This document shows positions 56,391 through 64,000 of a DNA stretch of 64,000 nucleotides, one piece after another (positions within the stretch are counted from its first letter, which is position 1; every line of letters starts with the position of its first letter). Position numbers and translations under genes: made by a program. Below the pieces are notes generated by a model. It saw nothing but the letters and a program-made list of their open reading frames with translations, did no database searches and was not told where the DNA came from. This DNA comes from the human T2T-CHM13v2.0 reference genome, Homo sapiens, in assembly GCF_009914755.1 (NCBI RefSeq), contig NC_060939.1; one strand, given 5' to 3'.

Positions 56391-57767
56391 AATATATTGG
56401 GTATTATTGGGAATTTTAAAATAGTTTCAGCAATAAGGTTCAAGAACAAATTACTTTTTTGCTTCACTTTTTATTTTAAGCATTTTTAAAATGTTATCTT
56501 ATTAAATCTTTATAATAACATAGTGAAATAAGGCCCTAAAATCCTCATTGTTAGAAGACATTGAGTCTAAGAGAAGTAACTTGTTCAAGAAAAAATACCT
56601 GTTGGTAGCCATGCTAGGACTTATTCTGAGGTAAGGACATTTTCCATATGTCAAGCTACCTCTAGTTAATTTACTGAGTTATACTGCCCTCACTTCATGA
56701 GTGTTTTATCTTTCTTTCATCTTTAATTAGAAGCTTAATAAGTTCATAGAGCTTACAAACTTAAAGACTATGGAAAAAGTAATGTTCTGATGTTAGCTCT
56801 AATATTGTCTGAAATACCCTAAGAACTTCATAAATTTGGTAAGTGTTTTTTATATCAATGTTAAAATAGTAATTTTATTTATTTCATTTTTATACATAGC
56901 ATTCATCAACAACTTTTGGAATACAAACAAAAGATATCTAAAAATTCTCAAAATAGCAATCCAGGTAAGACCTCTGATAGTAAACTAATCTTGGTGGTGC
57001 TACCATGAGATTATAGGAGTGTTGATCACAAAAGAGCTATTAAAAAAGCAATGTGTAAGTAGCATGTGTTTACATATATACCTATATGTAAGTGTTTTTA
57101 TATATACATAGCTTTGATTTAATTTTTTAGTTTATAATTCAGAATTCATTAAGAATTTAGTTGTAGGTGGTTTATAATCTCAAAAATATTATCTGAAAAA
57201 ATATTTGTTTAATTGTGGTCCCTAATATCCTATATAATACTTTTGTATAAATAAGTAAAACAATTTTTAAGTTTATATATTGTATGTTTCCTCAACTGTC
57301 ATAACAATTTATGCTTGTTATAAAATGTATAACCCTTGGTGTGATTGATGAACTCAGTAATAGGGGATTATCAGCTTATCAAATTTAATGAATTAATATA
57401 TTTATAAATAAACTTTATTACAAATTATAAAATAGCTTAATGCCTTGAATTACAAGCCACAAATAATAGAACATCTAATAATGAAAAGTAGGAATTAATA
57501 ACAGAAAACTACAACATTTGAATATTATAATCTATAAAGGAACACAGTTAAATAAACTGTTAAATAAACAAATATTTATGTTTGTTTATTAAACATAAAT
57601 AAACATATAAATGTTTATTTGTTAAATAAAAAAATAATTTATTTTTTTGTTTGTTTCTTTATTGTAGAGACAAGGTCTCCTTATGTTGCCCAGGCTGGTC
57701 CTGAACTTCTGGGATTTATTTAATTTTTACAATAAATGATTTGCATTTAGAAAATTAGAATTAATTA

Positions 57768-58212
57768 CAGTTGAGTCTTGAGCAACATGAGAGTTAGGGT
57801 GCTCATCCCCCCATGCAGCTGAAAATCTGCTTTATATGAAAATCTGTTTCTTTTGACTCCTCCAAAACTCTACTAATTTTCTACTGTTGACCTGGAGCCT
57901 GAAAAAAGGTGAAAGCAGAAGCAGTCAATTAACCCATAATTTCTATTTTATATGTACTATATACTGTATTCTTAGAATAAAGTGAGCTGGAGAAAAGAAA
58001 CTGTTATAAAGAGGAAGAAATATATTCACTATTTATTAGATGGAAGTGAATTATACATAAAGGACTTCATTCTCATTGCCTTCACATTGAGTAGGCTGAT
58101 AAGGAGGAGGCAGAGGAGAGATTTGTCTTGGTATCTTGCAGTGGCAAAGGAAAAGAAAAATCTGTCTATTAGTGGGCTCCTAAAGTGAAAACCCTTATTC
58201 AAAGATCAACTG
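57768..58212 (+). mobile_element. Tigger2a-like DNA transposon
   Basis: Terminal inverted repeats CAGTTGAGTCTTGAGCAA and TTATTCAAAGATCAACTG; preceded by TA. Confidence 0.82.
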
Positions 58213-58962
58213 TGTGGCATAGTGACTTGTGTCACTAAAAAAGTAACTCTCTTTAGAATTTGGAACTCAATAATGCTTTTCTTGCACCATAAATGAATGT
58301 CAATAAGAATTAACATAACTTAACGAGGGTGCATCAGTACCAATAGGAGATTATTTTTCAAAGATACCTACTGAGTGCAGAAGTCAGAAAAGCAATTCTT
58401 TGTTGAGAAGTGCAGGTTATGTTACATAGTCTTGTACCAACAAGGTCTCACTATTATCAACTTCATTCCCTCTAAGTTGAAACCAAATAAGATATATTTA
58501 CTTCATTAGAACAAGATGTGTTGTTCTATCTGCTGGATAATTAGTGTGTTAATAGTAATTTTGTTACAACAAGTTACTCTGTTCCTACTAGCCAAAATAT
58601 TATCATTATAAATATTCAACTAGCTCAATTCTAGGCTCAACAAATTATAATAAAAGTGGAAAAAATTTTCACAATAACAAAAGTGCTACTGTGATACCTA
58701 AATGTGACACAATACATAGTACAATATGAACTGTATTAGCACATCTTTAATTTATTACATATTTACCAAAGGACTTCTATAAGTTAGATTTTGCAAGTAG
58801 CAGGAGACCAAGATGGAATACACATAGTCTGGGTCTTTAAGGTGCTCATAATACATTAGAGCTGTCTCTATTGAATTTCTGCATTTTTCCAACAGAATTT
58901 CCTAACTATGTTTTTTGTTTATCCACTTGTCCACTTAACAAATAACTGTCAGGTATCTTTAG

Positions 58963-59080
58963 GGTACTAAGCATCTTTCTTGTTATTATCATTGTCATTT
59001 TTTATTATTTACTACTTTATTAAGGTACTAAGCATTTTTCTTGTTATTATCATCTTTTTTATTATTTACTACTTTATTTA
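58963..59080. repeat. Tandem duplication, about 61-bp unit x2
   Basis: GGTACTAAGCAT.TTTCTTGTTATTATCAT...TTTTTATTATTTACTACTTTATT at 58963 and 59024. Confidence 0.9.
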
Positions 59081-59208
59081 GTGCTTACTCTGTGCCAGAA
59101 CCCCTTTGGGAGCTTGTAATTATCACTTATTATGTCATTACCATATTCAGTATGTGTCAGACATTTTATATCCAACGTGAAGAATTAAAGCTTTAAAAAG
59201 TTTGATAG

Positions 59209-59620
<412 letters not shown>

Positions 59621-59737
59621 TTAACCAGACTGTGTGTTTGGCAGAAGGAACATCTGAAGGAACACCTGACGAGGCTGCACCCTTGGTGGAAAGAACACCT
59701 GACATGGCTGAAAGCTTGGTGGAAAGAACACCTGACG

Positions 59738-60332
59738 AATAGGATACAGTGAATTCCTCTTCAAAGATTTTAGCCTGTAAAAATTCTTTAAAATTCAAGA
59801 GGGGGTTAAGTACAGTGAGTTCTGAGTTCCTCATCAAAGAACAAATATGTCAGTATGTCCAGCTTCTCTGTTCTTTGTTCTCCATTTTAAAGTTTAACTT
59901 CCTCGTTCATTATGCCTCCTTGCCCCTAGTTTCATTAAACAACCCCCTCCTAGCCTCTAACACCTGCTTTGTCTTTAGTCATTCTTAGTCACCTGCTCTG
60001 TCCTTAGTCATCCTTAGACACCTGCTCTGTAACTGTCTTTCCCGCTGAAACTACTCACCCTGCCACTCCAGCTCATACCCCTGCTCTCTTTGAAATAGCC
60101 AATCTGAATTAGCTTAGAGTGTGCAGTCCAACCCTATCCAATAGGGAAAAGACACAACAGTAGGGACTAGCTGCGTTAGGAATAAGAACACTTTCCCTCC
60201 CTTGTCCGGTGTTATCTTGCCATTACTCCATCTGCAAGACCACTCTTCCATAGAAGTAAATTTGCCTTGCTGTAAAAACTTGTTGCTGGAGTGCTGACTG
60301 TTCTTTGTGGCACCGAAAATTTGTTTTCCACA
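59738..60332 (+). mobile_element. 5' LTR of a HERV-I/HERVIP10-type provirus (LTR10A-like)
   Basis: TAGGATACAGTGAATTCCTCTTCAAAG start; two CCAAT boxes near 60100-60140; AGTAAA poly(A) signal 60255-60260; ends ...TTCCACA; followed by degenerate tRNA-Pro-like PBS TGGGGGCCCACCCAGCAT. Confidence 0.85.
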
Positions 60333-62240
60333 AATTTGGGGGCCCACCCAGCATTCCCATTCTCCTCTGGGGGAGGGTCCAGTCCTCTCCTGTGAGGAGG
60401 CGCACCCCGCTGCCTTGTTGCAGTGGCTATAAAGGTAAGAAATCAAGACTCAACTGGTGAGATTAATAAACCTGGGATCTCAGCAACGTGGAAAGAAACA
60501 GGCCAGCATCTTTGGGGAAAGGATCTTCACATGCCGTGGTGACCAGGTAACTGTGCACAGACTGAGGTAAGAAATGTCGCAGGGGTGACAAAGTATTTCC
60601 TTGGTGGTCAGGATATTCTGGAGGTTGAAAGTGTGTGTGAATGATCACAAGCACTACTGCTTGTGGTGCTGTTTGTGTGGATGATACTAAGCATTATTGC
60701 TGTGAGGAGTGAGTGGGTCCTATCTGCGGTTTTTTATTTGAATAAAAAACCTTTGAAGAGGAATTCACTGTATCCTCACAGGGCTCAGGGCAGATCCTGC
60801 TGTGGGTTTTATACCATGATGCCAATGCTAAGAGGGACCTAAAATTCCTGGGAGGGAAGCAACCAGAGTGGATGAAGGAAAAGAAGGGTGCAAGGAGCCT
60901 CCAGCAGGTGGGGATAAAGGATAGGGAAGAAATCTCTAGCATGTGGGATTGAGCCTAACCAGGACCTAACATGGGAAAATCCCCAAGTAAGACAGGGAGC
61001 AAAAAAGAAGAGGATAGTAACAAAGACATGCCCCCTGATAGTACCCTGGGTCTCATGTTAAAATATTGGAAGGATAATGAGAGGAGTAAACATAAGAAAA
61101 AGCATTAGAGGATAAAAAATTGCTGTTTCATTTGGACCCAATGTCCCATTTTCAAAACCTCAATCTTCTGGCCAAAGTTTGGGTCGAATGAGGATGTAAT
61201 GTGTCAACTTCTAATTCAATATGTTAATGATAAAAATCTGGTTTCTCAAGAAGAACTAGACTATGCTCTTTGTTGGAGACAGGCACCTGTCTTTATTCCC
61301 TTAAAGACAACTAGGGAAGAACCCGATCCAGCATCTCAAATTGAAAAGTCAGACGAGCTGACTCCCACACCTAAAGCCAGCACATGGGATCCCCTATACC
61401 ATTTTGCCCTGCTCAGTGCCTCTGACCCTTCCCCTTGGGCAGCTGCTGCCACCCCAGATCCCACCCCAGATCCTTCTCCTGCTCACAATGTTCCTCCTCC
61501 TTACAACTCTAATTCTTGGGAGTTATCATCCCATGAGCGTGTCCCCTGTCAACCTAAATACCTCTTCTTAAAGGGACTCCAGCATGAGGTACAGCAATAT
61601 AAATAGTACATTCAGAACTTCCCTTTTCTCTCCACACCTAAGGAGTCAGCCCCAACTCTCTTCCCCTTAAAAGACATGCCACAAGTAGGAGGAGCCATTG
61701 TATTTGTGAATGCTCCCTTGACCAGTTCAGAAGCCTGAAGTTTAAAAAAGGAAATTAAGCCATTATTAGATGAACCTTATGAGGTGAAAAATCAGGTTGA
61801 TCAATTCTTGGGACCTCAGTTATACACTTGGGTCGAGTTTATGTCCATCCTAGGCATCCTCTTTTCGGAGGAGGAAAGAAGCATGATCTGATCCATAGGG
61901 CTGCTATGGCAATTTGGGAATATGAACACCCTCCTTGTCAAAACGTTCCTACCACAGACCAAAAATTCCCTGCCGAAGATCCCCAGTGGGATAATAATAA
62001 CGCAGCTCACCAAGAAAACATGCAAGACATAAGGGAAATGATAATGAAAGAAACTAGGGAATCAGTACCCCAAACTCAAAATCTCTCTAAAGCATTTGAT
62101 ATACAACAGGAGAGAGATGAGTGGGCTGTGAAATTCTTAGACTAAAGGAACAGAAGAGACAATATACAGGCCTAAATTTGGAAAATCCCCTGGGACAGCG
62201 AATGTTAAAGCTCCATTTTGTCACTAAAAGTTGTCCAGAT
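60333..62240 (+). mobile_element. HERV-I/HERVIP10 internal region: leader plus defective gag (ATG 60971)
   Basis: MGKSPSK...FWPKFGSNED matrix-like segment, PPPY late domain, capsid-like DPQWDNNNAAHQENMQD; several stops and frameshifts. Confidence 0.85.

Positions 62241-64000
<1,760 letters not shown>

Noticed and set aside
59738-59830. Purine tract plus a second LTR-like start (AAGAGGGGG-TTAAGTACAGTGAG), suggesting a permuted or tandem provirus
   Set aside because: As I recall, the LTR10A consensus itself contains this duplicated start; Dfam alignment would settle it

Overview
This is human/great-ape pericentromeric DNA, not prokaryotic. Bases 1-10462 are a monomeric alpha-satellite layer of about 54 monomers, with pJalpha-type boxes and no CENP-B box seen. 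The layer is interrupted by a 5'-inverted L1PA and contains local 6-mer and 3-mer duplications. It ends through about two units of 48-bp CER satellite directly inside an ancient ERVL pol sequence. The rest is repeat-rich, segmental-duplication-type sequence: L1PA2, many Alus, old L1M/L2/MIR, Tigger3b, Tigger2a, solo LTR5A and MER61, and ERVL relics. It carries exons 2-7 of an ANKRD30BL/ANKRD30BP-type paralogue with an open frame but no exon 1; that frame is terminated by an LTR10A/HERV-I provirus, whose gag is interrupted by another L1PA. The layout is reminiscent of the chr21q11-type alpha-satellite/ANKRD30BP junction, but the locus cannot be fixed without alignment. The most unexplained signal is a run of phase-compatible minus-strand candidate exons at about 28.7-32.3 kb encoding a protein I cannot identify. 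Almost all ORFs in the supplied track are satellite, Alu or L1 artefacts. Subfamily names come from recalled consensus sequences and need RepeatMasker/Dfam confirmation. I see no convincing evidence of a wholly new biological system.
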